From Candidatus Thorarchaeota archaeon (GTDB lineage Archaea > Asgardarchaeota > Thorarchaeia > Thorarchaeales > Thorarchaeaceae), in assembly GCA_003345545.1 (NCBI GenBank), contig PRDH01000069.1, positions 1 through 44,581 of the forward strand: a DNA stretch of 44,581 nt, written 5' to 3'. Each line of letters begins with the position of its first letter. Position 1 is the stretch's first letter. This document shows positions 19,758-29,600 of the stretch, in pieces. The notes under the pieces were generated by a model. The model was not told the origin of the DNA, did no database searches, and worked only from the letters and a program-made list of their open reading frames with translations. The position numbers were made by a program, and so were the translations under genes.

Positions 19758-20957
19758 ATGGTCGATTTCAATCTATCCAATGAACAACAAGAGCTACGGA
19801 ACAAGGCGAGAGCCTTTGCGCAGGAGTATATGATTCCCTATGCACACTACTACGACAAGACCGGTAAATTTCCACGTCCCATAATCAAGAAGTGTTGGGA
19901 TGAAGGTCTCATGAACCTCTCAATCCCGAAAGAGTACGGTGGGCCGGGTCTGGGCACAATCGAACAATGCATCACAGTGGAAGAAATGGCTGCTGGCTGC
20001 GCAGGAATGACAACAAGTATCTACGTCAACTCTCTAGGAGCCGAGCCAATCTTGGTAGCTGGTACCCCTGAACAGAAGGAGAAATATCTTCGACCACTCA
20101 CTGAAGATCTCAAGTTCGTCAGTTTCGCTTGTTCTGAACCAGGAATGGGTTCTGATGTCGCCGGTATCAAGACCCGGGTCAAGCGCGAGGGCGATAAATA
20201 TGTCTTGAATGGATCCAAGTTTTGGATCACTAATGCTCCACAGGCAGACATCTTCACTGTCTTTGCTAGCCTTGACCCGGACAAGAGACACAAAGCACTA
20301 TGCGCGTTCATTGTTGATGCTACCACTCCTGGAGTGAAGACTGGGAGGCCGGTTGAGAAAATGGGTCATAGAGCCTCTACAACATCAGCGGTCATGTTCA
20401 AAGATGCTAAGGTTCCCGTCGAAAACCTGTTGGGCACCGAGGGGGAAGGATTCAAGATAGCAATGAAGACATTCGCGATGACGCGTCCCTCGATTGCTGC
20501 ATTTGCCACTGGTCTTGCTCGTTCGGCAATGGAGTATGCTCGTGACTATGTGAGCAAGAGGGAGGCCTTTGGCGAGAAGCTCCACAATTTCGAGGCCATT
20601 CAGTTCAAGCTTGCTGAGATGTTTATGAAAATTGAGGCAGCACGACTACTCTACCTCAAGGCTGCTTGGACGGCGGATTTCGTTGGTGACTCCACTATTC
20701 CTGCAAGTGCAGCAAAGGCATTCGCTACAGATATTGCAATGGAAATAGCCAGCGAAGCTGTCCAGATTCACGGGGGTTATGGATACATAGACCAGTACCC
20801 TGTGGAGAAGCTGTTCCGGGATGCAAAGCTGTATCAAATCTATGAGGGAACGAGTGAAGTTCAACGATTAATACTCTCCCGCTACGTTCTCAGTGGATAT
20901 GAACCTGCGATGAGCAAGATTCCGCGTTGGTACAACGATGAGCCGCCTAATCTGTAA
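19758..20957 (+). CDS. Acyl-CoA dehydrogenase (short/medium-chain type)
   Basis: SEPGMGSDV, NGSKFWITN, R.AFG, QIHGGYGY, IYEGTSEVQR. Confidence 0.96.
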   Translation: MVDFNLSNEQQELRNKARAFAQEYMIPYAHYYDKTGKFPRPIIKKCWDEGLMNLSIPKEYGGPGLGTIEQCITVEEMAAGCAGMTTSIYVNSLGAEPILVAGTPEQKEKYLRPLTEDLKFVSFACSEPGMGSDVAGIKTRVKREGDKYVLNGSKFWITNAPQADIFTVFASLDPDKRHKALCAFIVDATTPGVKTGRPVEKMGHRASTTSAVMFKDAKVPVENLLGTEGEGFKIAMKTFAMTRPSIAAFATGLARSAMEYARDYVSKREAFGEKLHNFEAIQFKLAEMFMKIEAARLLYLKAAWTADFVGDSTIPASAAKAFATDIAMEIASEAVQIHGGYGYIDQYPVEKLFRDAKLYQIYEGTSEVQRLILSRYVLSGYEPAMSKIPRWYNDEPPNL

Positions 20958-21100
20958 TACCCATGATGACTGAATCCACACAGAATATGGTTCAATGGAA
21001 TTGTGGGTGTATTGCTCATTGCGCTCGGTTTCTACATGCTGTTCCCAGCATGTGAAGTAAGGATACTAATCTGAGCAAAGCAGCCGACCGCATGAAAACG

Positions 21101-21134
21101 AACAAATAAAAAAAGGGGGAGGGACAGAAGTCCC
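21101..21134 (-). terminator. Hairpin plus U-tract terminator of the small membrane gene
   Basis: Minus strand GGGAC-TTCT-GTCCC then pyrimidine/T run (TCCCCCTTTTTTTATTT) directly after the stop. Confidence 0.6.
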
Positions 21135-21316
21135 TATAGACCTGTGGTCCTGACTGCAATGATCATCAGGAGCCAACCGATTAGGAGTAGTACGAACCCT
21201 ATGAGAGCTTGATAGGCAAAGTAGGTAGCAACGTAGGTGTCAAGTAGATAAAGGAGAATGCCTATCAGTCCCAATATGAGGGCCACTATCCATGTGCTGG
21301 TTTTAATTACGTTCAT
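21134..21316 (-). CDS. Small two-TM membrane protein
   Basis: 60 aa, two hydrophobic helices, GAGAGGA RBS upstream, terminator downstream. Confidence 0.75.
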   Translation of the reverse strand: MNVIKTSTWIVALILGLIGILLYLLDTYVATYFAYQALIGFVLLLIGWLLMIIAVRTTGL

Positions 21317-21577
21317 GTTACAGTTTCCTCTCCTATGAGGATGCTACTGATTAGACTGTCGACGATACTTAAAGATTGTTATTTTAAGAATATGAGGGAG
21401 AAAAACACTGCAGCACACGACTCACACCTGGGCAGTCTGGCAAGTATTCAAGCATCTTCATGTTAGCCACTGAACTAGGAAACCTTGTTCTGAATTCAGA
21501 GAAGTTGTAGAGGGACTGAGAGTAGAGTCAACAACCAGCTATATCTGTCCAAAGTGCCATGTCTACAACGAAGCACG

Positions 21578-21946
21578 ATGTTGATTCGAAGACTGAATGG
21601 ACTCAAGACGATAAAGGCTCTTGATAACACACGCGTACGTGAGATTCTCAATCCCTTGCATGATTCGCATTCTCTCTCACTTGGTTACAGCCTAGCTCAT
21701 GCTGCACTGAAGCCAAATCAGAGATCACTCCAACACAGGTTCCACGAGGCCTCGGAGGTCTATTATGTTCTCGGCGGTCGAGGAATGATGCATATCGATG
21801 ACGAGGTGGTTGAAGTTTCGATTGGAGATACCATCTACATACCGCCAATGTCAGTGCAGTGGATTGAGAGTATGGGTCCTGATGACCTAGAGTTTCTCTG
21901 TGTCGTTGATCCTGCATGGAAACCAGACGCTGAAGAACTGGTCTAG
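21578..21946 (+). CDS. Cupin domain protein
   Basis: EVYYVLGGRG..IDDE..GDTIYIPP cupin motifs. Confidence 0.88.
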   Translation: MLIRRLNGLKTIKALDNTRVREILNPLHDSHSLSLGYSLAHAALKPNQRSLQHRFHEASEVYYVLGGRGMMHIDDEVVEVSIGDTIYIPPMSVQWIESMGPDDLEFLCVVDPAWKPDAEELV

Positions 21947-22210
21947 ACAACTTAGAAACGGTCCGAGTATGTGGGGCTCCCTAAGTCAATGCATAGGCAA
22001 TGAAGAATCCTGCTATGTCAGCCTTGGTCGAAGCATACTGACCGCAGAGAGAGGACTACGCCTCTCTCATAGATTGGCTTGACAATTTTGACACTTTGCG
22101 AAACCCTGTTCGGTCTTTGCACCAAAATTTTGGGACTTGCACAGCTGGAAAGAGAAAGTTGATGAGAAGAAGGGCCATACTATAGTGCGCTGAGTTGAGG
22201 GGACATACGA

Positions 22211-22817
22211 ATGGCTGCAGAGAACTCCAAAGCTATCTTTGTAGCAATGACCATCATAATGGGTGTTTCAGCTGCGGCCTTTTTGTCGATGTCTAACTCG
22301 GGTGATTGGATTGTAGTTGAAAACACCTTGGGCATTGCGAATCTGACAATATTGGCTAACAGTACTGGCTTACTATATCCTGAACTTTGTGAGGCGAGTT
22401 TCGTGTTTCTGGATTACGGTAGTTGGCTGGTCAATGCTAATTTCATGAATGACTCAGTCTATTGGTATGAATATCTTGAGATATATGATCGAAATTCACA
22501 GCTACTTCAGGAGAAGTGAAGTCTATAGATGATGCGCTCTATGAAGGACTGAACAAGACTTCTCCTTCTAATATTTCGGCCATGACACTATTGGACGATT
22601 CATGTCCCCACATCTGGTTCCAGATAGAAATCACATACACCAATGGTTCTTGGATATACCTCACCACGTTTCAAACAGAAATTGGCCATATCATAACCAA
22701 CCATGGCGCGGGCACTTTTGATGGGGCCTCTTGAGCGGGACCGTCTTGGAGCCATTGTCTGCTCTGGACTGTCTTGTCCTAGCCATCTATACTGTCTTTT
22801 CCAACCATCTGGGTTAG
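22211..22817 (+). pseudogene. Membrane-anchored surface glycoprotein with two frameshifts (pseudogene or sequencing error)
   Basis: ORFs 22211-22519 and 22516-22734 join by adding one base near 22495, and extend to TAG 22817 by adding one G near 22725; N-terminal TM and many N-x-S/T sequons. Confidence 0.65.
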
Positions 22818-22926
22818 AGCAGGAGTTACTCTCAATATTATCTTGGTCGTTTCGGAGATACAAAGGTCAAAAGATATAACGCCCTTCAAGATTGCCTCAA
22901 ACCAATTCTCATGTGGTGCTTAGCTA

Positions 22927-23337
22927 ATGCCTCCAAAGGACATGAACATCATCATCTTCGGTTGCCAACAATGTATGTACGCTGCCTCCGACTTAGCAGG
23001 GACCATGAAGCTGCAGTACGATGCGTCGAGCAGGATCATCAGAATGCCGTGTACCGCCAGGCTTGACATCAATTTCCTCTTGAAGGCATTACAGGAGGGG
23101 GCCGACGGGGTGCTGGTCGTTGGATGTCATCCGGGAGACTGTGCATTCAAGACCGGGAACTTGGGGGCAGAGAGGCGGGTCCGTTTCACAAAGAAGTTAA
23201 TCGAACAGCTAGGGCTTGATGAGCGCCGCGTGAAGATGGTCTTTGTGAGCGCAGCTGAGGGTGATAAGTTCGCAGCCGAGGTCAACAAGTTCGCAGAGGA
23301 AATTCGGGCAATTGGACCGAACCCACTCAGACTGTGA
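22927..23337 (+). CDS. mvhD: Stand-alone MvhD/FlpD [2Fe-2S] subunit
   Basis: FGCQQC..DLAG, RMPCTAR, GADGVLVVGCHPGDC, VSAAEG. Confidence 0.93.
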   Translation: MPPKDMNIIIFGCQQCMYAASDLAGTMKLQYDASSRIIRMPCTARLDINFLLKALQEGADGVLVVGCHPGDCAFKTGNLGAERRVRFTKKLIEQLGLDERRVKMVFVSAAEGDKFAAEVNKFAEEIRAIGPNPLRL

Positions 23338-24689
23338 TACGGTGCAAAAGCGTGGCCGAGAAGAACTCGAGTGGGAATTCAGTCTGGCTTTTGAAACGTA
23401 ATCCCTTGGTCAGAAGACTCTTCCTTGGAATCTTCACAATAGGGTTTGCGGCAGGAGCATTACGGTTTCTTTTTCCGTGGCAGGTACTGAATCTCGGCGG
23501 CACGGAATCTCTTATCTCACTAGGAGGCACTCTTTCAGCCATCGGACAGGTAATAGGACTCCTGCTATTGAGTAGGCTGTTTCGCGGCAAGAGAAGTTCA
23601 ATGCTTGTGAGTGGGTTGCTTCTTGCAGCCTTTGCACTGACAACAGCTCTTGCTCAGGACAGCTTCATTCTCACATCGGCGCGTTTGTTCGAGGGAGCCG
23701 GTGCAGGGTTGCTTGCGCTCCTTATCATCAGGGTGTCCTGCGAATTCGAATCTAGCCGCGGAGAGACTGTCGGAACATTACTCTCAGCTTTGTTCCTAGG
23801 GTCAGCAATTGGCCAAGGTGCTGCAGGGATTGCAGTAGAGAATATGTCACTGGTTCTATCATTATCGCAGCTTGCTGCAATACAGCTTCTCGGATTCATT
23901 CTATTCGTCCCATTTCTTCCTGTTCTGGGATTGATGTTACCAAGAATAGAAGATCAGCCTGTGTCCACGACAAACGAAGGCCCCAAAGAGCACAAGCACT
24001 TCCACTTCAGCCATCTTATCAGAGTCCTTCTCACAAAAAGAGTGGTACTTCTTGCAACAATCTATTTCCTCTATGACTTCTCTCACGGCTTTTACACTCC
24101 AATACTCTCTATTCTCATCAATAACAACGGAGTTCCAATCAATCAAATAGGTTTAGGATATCTTACTGGCGACCTAGTCTGGGGAGGTATTCAGTTGTAT
24201 GCTGGTCGCGTCGTTGATCGAATCGGTCACCTTTGGCCTCTCGTCCTTAGTCTGCTTGCCAAGGGGACGATAGTGTTCTTCTATGCGGGAGTCTTCTCAT
24301 TCACGTCACTTGTCCTCTTGTTAGCTCTAGCTGGAGCATCTGAAGGCTTCTTGGAACCGGCGAGAAATGATGCAGCAATGGCCTATAGTCCGACAAGCAA
24401 CCTGACTCATGACCATTCCCATTATTATCTAGTTCATGCCCCGGGCATGTCTTTTTCACTTGCAAAACATGACCATGAACATATGCATGTCACCGGTACA
24501 GATGAGGTCGTTTCTGTCTTACAGACGGTCGGACTCCTTGGTTTTGCACTTGGAGCTGGCGGAGGGGCATGGATGCTCTTGGAGCATTTTTCAATGTCAT
24601 TCCTCACAATAGTTGGAGGAGCAATTTTGATTCTAGCAGGAGTACTCTCTGCAGGTTTCCGATTTGTACGCACAGCTGAACCACTGTAG
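23334..24689 (+). CDS. MFS transporter with His-rich loops
   Basis: About 12 TM segments, ARLFEGAG and GRVVDRIG MFS motifs. Confidence 0.88.
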   Translation: MIRCKSVAEKNSSGNSVWLLKRNPLVRRLFLGIFTIGFAAGALRFLFPWQVLNLGGTESLISLGGTLSAIGQVIGLLLLSRLFRGKRSSMLVSGLLLAAFALTTALAQDSFILTSARLFEGAGAGLLALLIIRVSCEFESSRGETVGTLLSALFLGSAIGQGAAGIAVENMSLVLSLSQLAAIQLLGFILFVPFLPVLGLMLPRIEDQPVSTTNEGPKEHKHFHFSHLIRVLLTKRVVLLATIYFLYDFSHGFYTPILSILINNNGVPINQIGLGYLTGDLVWGGIQLYAGRVVDRIGHLWPLVLSLLAKGTIVFFYAGVFSFTSLVLLLALAGASEGFLEPARNDAAMAYSPTSNLTHDHSHYYLVHAPGMSFSLAKHDHEHMHVTGTDEVVSVLQTVGLLGFALGAGGGAWMLLEHFSMSFLTIVGGAILILAGVLSAGFRFVRTAEPL

Positions 24690-24706
24690 ACGATTCTCAT
24701 GAGTCA

Positions 24707-25882
24707 TTGGCAGAAGAATTATCTGATTCTGAGGTAAGTAGAAGGGTGGAGGAAAACCAGGTGTCTGAGAGTAGGTTCGCGAATAGAGTAACTAGATGCG
24801 CCGAGTTGATGCGTACTCAAAATATAGACGTGATTCTTCTGACAAGACCGTCTAACATGTTCTATCTCACTGGTGACGGTAGACTATGTGCATACGCGAT
24901 GATCTCTCAGAGCGGACAGGTTGTCATGGGCGTTCCAAAGACAGATGTTGTGGATGTCAAGTCGAGTGCCCGTTTTGACCACATCTCTGGGTTTGATGAT
25001 GAGGTGGGGATGATTCACTCTATTGGACACCATTTCGAGCATTTTGGTGTGAAGGAGGGGGTGGTCGGCCTCGAATACACGTTTCTGACACGGTCCATGA
25101 TGTCTATGATGATGCATCCCCATGCCAAGCCTGAGCATGTCAACTCGGCAGATTGCACACATATTATGTCAGAGCTGAGGTCGGTCAAGGATGAGGAGGA
25201 AATACGGTCAATCCGTGCTGCGGCGAAGGTTGCAGATAGGGGTATGAATGCGGCTATAGTCAGTTTACAACCAAGAATGACGGAGAGCCAAGTTGCTGCT
25301 GAAGCAGAGTATGCCATGCGTCAGGCTGGTGCAGAGGGCTTTTGGAGAACCTATGTTTCGTCGGGACCGAGGACGAGCATAGCTCACGGCATACCAACTA
25401 TTAGGAAGCTGAAAAAGGAGGACCTCGTGATGATCGATGTCCATCCGATAGTCCAAGGCTACAGTGCTGATATATGTCGTACGATGTGCATTGGACACCC
25501 AACCAGAGAACAGCAGTCCAGTCATGACCAGTACTTACAGGCTCAACAAGCAGCGATTGCTGAGGCACGGGCAGGAGTCACGATGGACCAGCTGGAACAG
25601 GCAATGCACGAAGTGCTAATACATGCAGGACATCAGAACCATATCTTTGGACCACCAATCCACGGTGTCGGAATTGAGTTTGAGGAAGCGCCCCTCCCCT
25701 CAGGTCATGCCTTCTTCCACGGTGAGAAGGCTCCACCTCCGCTAAAAACCAATACTGTCATTGCAGTTGGGAATTGTGGGCTCTACATAGATGACTTTGG
25801 TGTAAGAGTTGAGGACACAATCGTTATTGGAAAGGCGAAGGCTGATATCCTGACCAAACACACCCGAGAGATGAAGATGTAG
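24707..25882 (+). CDS. Xaa-Pro aminopeptidase/prolidase (M24)
   Basis: Creatinase N-domain, LRSVKDEEE, GYSADICRT, HGVG, GVRVEDT; real start may be GTG 24761. Confidence 0.9.
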   Translation: MAEELSDSEVSRRVEENQVSESRFANRVTRCAELMRTQNIDVILLTRPSNMFYLTGDGRLCAYAMISQSGQVVMGVPKTDVVDVKSSARFDHISGFDDEVGMIHSIGHHFEHFGVKEGVVGLEYTFLTRSMMSMMMHPHAKPEHVNSADCTHIMSELRSVKDEEEIRSIRAAAKVADRGMNAAIVSLQPRMTESQVAAEAEYAMRQAGAEGFWRTYVSSGPRTSIAHGIPTIRKLKKEDLVMIDVHPIVQGYSADICRTMCIGHPTREQQSSHDQYLQAQQAAIAEARAGVTMDQLEQAMHEVLIHAGHQNHIFGPPIHGVGIEFEEAPLPSGHAFFHGEKAPPPLKTNTVIAVGNCGLYIDDFGVRVEDTIVIGKAKADILTKHTREMKM

Positions 25883-25933
25883 GCTGTGCTTTCTACATAA
25901 TTGTTTTAGCAGACTATCTACATCTCAAGATAT

Positions 25934-26497
25934 GTGACAGTAATAATTGAAATCAGGCCTCTAATGAAGTTGGATTCAGCACGTCTTCATGAACTCGGTG
26001 CTGGCTATACGTCATCTGCTGTATATCATGTGGACAAGAGTGAGGACGATACACAGACTACCATCTCTCTGCATCTACAAGAGCTTGAGAACCCATACAA
26101 GAAGCACTGGCTGCCAGATGAGGTGATGGATGCTCGCTACACTAAAATGATTGAGCAGGGTCTTTCTCTGGGAGCATACGATGGGAACCGAATGGTAGGA
26201 ATTGCGATTGCTGAGAAACAGGCCTGGAACCGTACCCTCTGGATCTGGGAGTTTCATATTGATTCGGCCTATCAGAAACGAGGGATAGGCAGACAGTTGA
26301 TGGATCAAATGGCACAAGTCGGGAGAGCGGCTGGGTGTCGGGTGATGGTCTGTGAAACCCAGAACACCAACGTACCTGCAATTCGTTTCTACCGGGCGGT
26401 TGGGTTCGAAGTCGGTGCGGTCGACCTCTCATATTACTCGAACAAGGATACTACTGATTTCGAGATCGCAGTGTTCATGAAGCGGTTCATCGAGTAG
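25934..26497 (+). CDS. GNAT acetyltransferase, streptothricin acetyltransferase-like
   Basis: YQKRGIG acetyl-CoA motif; ETQNTNVPAIRFY..GF..D.SYY. Confidence 0.85.
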   Translation: MTVIIEIRPLMKLDSARLHELGAGYTSSAVYHVDKSEDDTQTTISLHLQELENPYKKHWLPDEVMDARYTKMIEQGLSLGAYDGNRMVGIAIAEKQAWNRTLWIWEFHIDSAYQKRGIGRQLMDQMAQVGRAAGCRVMVCETQNTNVPAIRFYRAVGFEVGAVDLSYYSNKDTTDFEIAVFMKRFIE

Positions 26498-26518
26498 ACT
26501 CCTACTCTTTTGGAAGGA

Positions 26519-26965
26519 CTAATCCAGTTTCTTCCTCATATGATATGCGCTGACCTTGAATCCTAGTCTCTCATAGAGTCGTCTTGCCTGCTTGGCCTTG
26601 ACCGGGCAGGTCAACCCAATCATGTCGGTACCGGCTCGTTTGAAGACATCAATCAGCTTCTCTAATAGCAGTGTACCAATTCCCTGTTCTCCATACTCTG
26701 GATTAACAACCAATAGTTCAATAGTGGCCACCTTTGACACTCCCCAGTTCTCCAAGACCGCTGTTGGTATCTCCCGAAAATACCCGTAGATGACTCCTAT
26801 CACTCTCTTGTCCTCCTCTGCAACAATAAAGCCCTCGGGAAATGCATGAGTTATCTTTAGATCGGCTTCGTTTACTGGTCCATCAAAGAAGGCATACTCG
26901 TTCGCCAGCCTAATGACTGAGTCTGTATCTCTCTTCTCGAATTGGCGTATCTGCAGCTTAGTCAC
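26519..26965 (-). CDS. GNAT acetyltransferase
   Basis: V.PEY..QGIGT.LL, ARRLYERLGF. Confidence 0.88.
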   Translation of the reverse strand: MTKLQIRQFEKRDTDSVIRLANEYAFFDGPVNEADLKITHAFPEGFIVAEEDKRVIGVIYGYFREIPTAVLENWGVSKVATIELLVVNPEYGEQGIGTLLLEKLIDVFKRAGTDMIGLTCPVKAKQARRLYERLGFKVSAYHMRKKLD

Positions 26966-27041
26966 CTACTGAATCTGACAGTGTGAGTCTATTGAACATG
27001 ACGCAACAAGAGAGACGGCTCTCACCGAGGTCATAGGGAAA

Positions 27042-27061
27042 TGTTATTAACAATAGTTAAT
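27042..27061. promoter_or_regulatory. Overlapping palindromes in the FTR1 promoter (candidate metal-repressor operator)
   Basis: TGTTA-T-TAACA (27042-27052) and ATTAAC-AATA-GTTAAT (27046-27061) just upstream of the GGAGGTGA RBS. Confidence 0.45.
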
Positions 27062-27080
27062 GACTTGGAGGTGAACAGCA

Positions 27081-27956
27081 ATGATCATCACACCGACCAT
27101 CATTTCACTCCGAGAAGGGCTTGAGGTAGCTCTGATACTTGTCATTATGCTATCCTACCTGAAGAAGACCAACCAATCTGACCTACGACGGTTTGTCATT
27201 AATGGAAGTGTATTCGCGGCAATTGTAAGTCTTGGAGTTGCAACTGTAGTAGGTTTCTTCTGGGGTGTGTTTGAAGGTGCAATGTTGAACATCTTCGAGG
27301 GTACTGTCGTTCTCATTGCTGCTCTTCTTCTCACTACAATGATTCTCTGGATGTGGAAGGCTGGTTCATCGGTGGCAAAGGATATTGAAACGTCGATGGA
27401 GAGTAGCATCATCAAACAGAGTGGCATAGGACTTGCACTCCTGAGCTTCTCACTTGTTCTACGAGAAGGTGTAGAGCTATCGTTGTTCAGTATGGCACTT
27501 CTAATCCAGGAAGGTGATTTGAGCTACGTTGGCGTTGCTCTTGGTCTAGTACTTGCTGCAGGAATCGGTTTTGGGATTTACAAGGGTTCACTTAGGATTA
27601 GCATGAGGTCTCTTTTCAATTGGACCTCAGTCTTTCTTATCCTCTTTGCAGCTGGAATGATTGCGTATGGCATTCATGAACTACAAGAAGCAGGTCTGCT
27701 ACTGATTGGGCCACTTGAAGTATGGAATATCAATCCGCCACTACTGCCTGACGGAAGTTACCCCTTGTTACACGAAAATGGGGCAATAGGTGGACTTGCT
27801 AAGGCGTTATTCGGATACAATGGCAACCCCTCTGCACTCGAAGTGGCCGCGTATCTCGCGTACATCGCAATAGCCCTCTCCTACTTCTGGCGAGAGCGAA
27901 AGACTCTGGCATCGATAGGCCAGAAGGAATCGACGAAAGTAGCTCTCGTGAGCTGA
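27081..27956 (+). CDS. FTR1/EfeU-family iron permease
   Basis: Two RExxE motifs (REGLE, REGVE), HELQEAG, about 7 TM. Confidence 0.93.
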   Translation: MIITPTIISLREGLEVALILVIMLSYLKKTNQSDLRRFVINGSVFAAIVSLGVATVVGFFWGVFEGAMLNIFEGTVVLIAALLLTTMILWMWKAGSSVAKDIETSMESSIIKQSGIGLALLSFSLVLREGVELSLFSMALLIQEGDLSYVGVALGLVLAAGIGFGIYKGSLRISMRSLFNWTSVFLILFAAGMIAYGIHELQEAGLLLIGPLEVWNINPPLLPDGSYPLLHENGAIGGLAKALFGYNGNPSALEVAAYLAYIAIALSYFWRERKTLASIGQKESTKVALVS

Positions 27957-28206
27957 TGAGAATCTGGTGTCAATCACTGCCGCCGGCATCTGCCTATTAC
28001 CATTAGTTCATATGAAGATAAATGACTCATGACAGGAGAAAAAGAAAGAATCTGACTCAGCTCATCGATTCAGTATAGACTGAGCGAAATCCCAATAGGA
28101 TATCCAACTGGTACGAATGTTACCAATTATAGATACTAGTATCTCATTTATTACCAAATCAGCTGATAACCAGACTCAAGAAAAGACATGTGAAATAGGG
28201 GGCATT

Positions 28207-29031
28207 ATGAAAGTGGCAAAGAGCCCAAAACAGAAGAATACACTAAAAGAACGGATTCACAGGCTTATCAGTGATAATGAGCGCTGTATCCTGGCGCTAG
28301 AGGAGCTTGAGAATGACATTGAAGTCCAGACCTTACTGGAAGATAGTAACAGAATGGCCATAGATCGCATGGCCTATTCAGACCATGGACATACACATTC
28401 GCTCATTGTGGCTCTTAATGGAATCAAGTTGATTCGTGCGCTCAGCAGCGGACTTCAGCCATCGATAGTCCAAGAAGGAACTGGCGACCTCAAGGATGCT
28501 GAATTGGTGGTCCTGCTTGGCGGCTATCTACATGACATCGGCATGGTTCTCGGCAGAACAAACCATGACGAGTTCTCGGTCATTCTGGCAATCCCAATCA
28601 TCGATAGAATTCTTGGAAAGGTCTACCCGAAGGACCGACACAAACAGGTTCACATACGCAATCATGTTATTCATGGCATCTATTGCCATGACAAGATTGC
28701 TCCTCCCATGACTATAGAGGCTGGTGTCATTGGAGTAGCAGATGCTCTAGACATGACGAAAGGAAGAGCAAGAATTCCATTTGAGGCTGGGAGTGTCAAC
28801 ATACACTCTGCATCAGCAATGGCAATCGAGGATGTGAAGATTCGAAAAGGCGAGACCAAGACCGTTCGCATCGAAGTCGATATGACCAATGTGTCCGGCA
28901 TATTCCAGATTCAAGAGCTCCTTGAAAAGAAGATCAGGAATGCACGGTCTCTCATAGACCACATAGAGTTGTATGCAATCATGGCACCAAAAGAGGATGC
29001 AATTCTGAAGAAAGAGCTCAGAGTGCTATAA
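28207..29031 (+). CDS. HD-superfamily phosphohydrolase
   Basis: DHGHTH, LHDIG, H, HD, ADALDMTKGRAR; ATG 28207 after AGGGGG (ORF open from 28117). Confidence 0.9.
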   Translation: MKVAKSPKQKNTLKERIHRLISDNERCILALEELENDIEVQTLLEDSNRMAIDRMAYSDHGHTHSLIVALNGIKLIRALSSGLQPSIVQEGTGDLKDAELVVLLGGYLHDIGMVLGRTNHDEFSVILAIPIIDRILGKVYPKDRHKQVHIRNHVIHGIYCHDKIAPPMTIEAGVIGVADALDMTKGRARIPFEAGSVNIHSASAMAIEDVKIRKGETKTVRIEVDMTNVSGIFQIQELLEKKIRNARSLIDHIELYAIMAPKEDAILKKELRVL

Positions 29032-29144
29032 GTGACTCGTACATTTGTGTGAAGGATGCTTTCGAAGTCACACATATCGGCTAGTATATATGCACGGAAT
29101 CGAACACGCTCTCTCGGATGTACTGCACCGCAGAGGCCTAGCTG

Positions 29145-29600
29145 ATGAAATTGGATGACATTGACTCTAAGATAATCGCGATGCTTCAAGAGGATGGGCG
29201 ACAGTCCTACAACGACATAGCAAAGGCTGTCGGACGAACTGAGGTCACAATCAGGCGCCGCGTGAAACGGCTGAAGGATGAGGGCTACATCAAGCGGTTC
29301 ACCGTGGTTCTAGATCCTATGAAGATAGGAAAACGAATTCGTGCAGTAATCCGTGTGAAGACGGCAATAAAGGAAACAACTCTCATCTCCAAGAAATTGA
29401 AGACTTTCAAGGAAGTGGACGAGGCATACTTTCTCGATGGCGCATGCGGTCTTATCATGACCGTCACGGTAGATGACCTCACAGAACTCAGGACGTTTCT
29501 CGAGAAACGCCTTGGTGGTATTCAAGGTGTTGGCGATGCAGAAACCTGCATAGTCCTTGAAGAGATTAAGTCAGCATTTTCAGACCCTGGTGCTCTATGA
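29145..29600 (+). CDS. Lrp/AsnC transcriptional regulator
   Basis: LDDIDSKII..LQEDGR.SY..IAK HTH plus RAM domain. Confidence 0.94.
   Translation: MKLDDIDSKIIAMLQEDGRQSYNDIAKAVGRTEVTIRRRVKRLKDEGYIKRFTVVLDPMKIGKRIRAVIRVKTAIKETTLISKKLKTFKEVDEAYFLDGACGLIMTVTVDDLTELRTFLEKRLGGIQGVGDAETCIVLEEIKSAFSDPGAL

Noticed and set aside
12560-23337. Selenocysteine (UGA) readthrough in HdrA/MvhD, known in some Asgard archaea and methanogens
   Set aside because: All expected ligand positions are Cys codons, TGA stops fall at natural domain ends, and no convincing SECIS was seen
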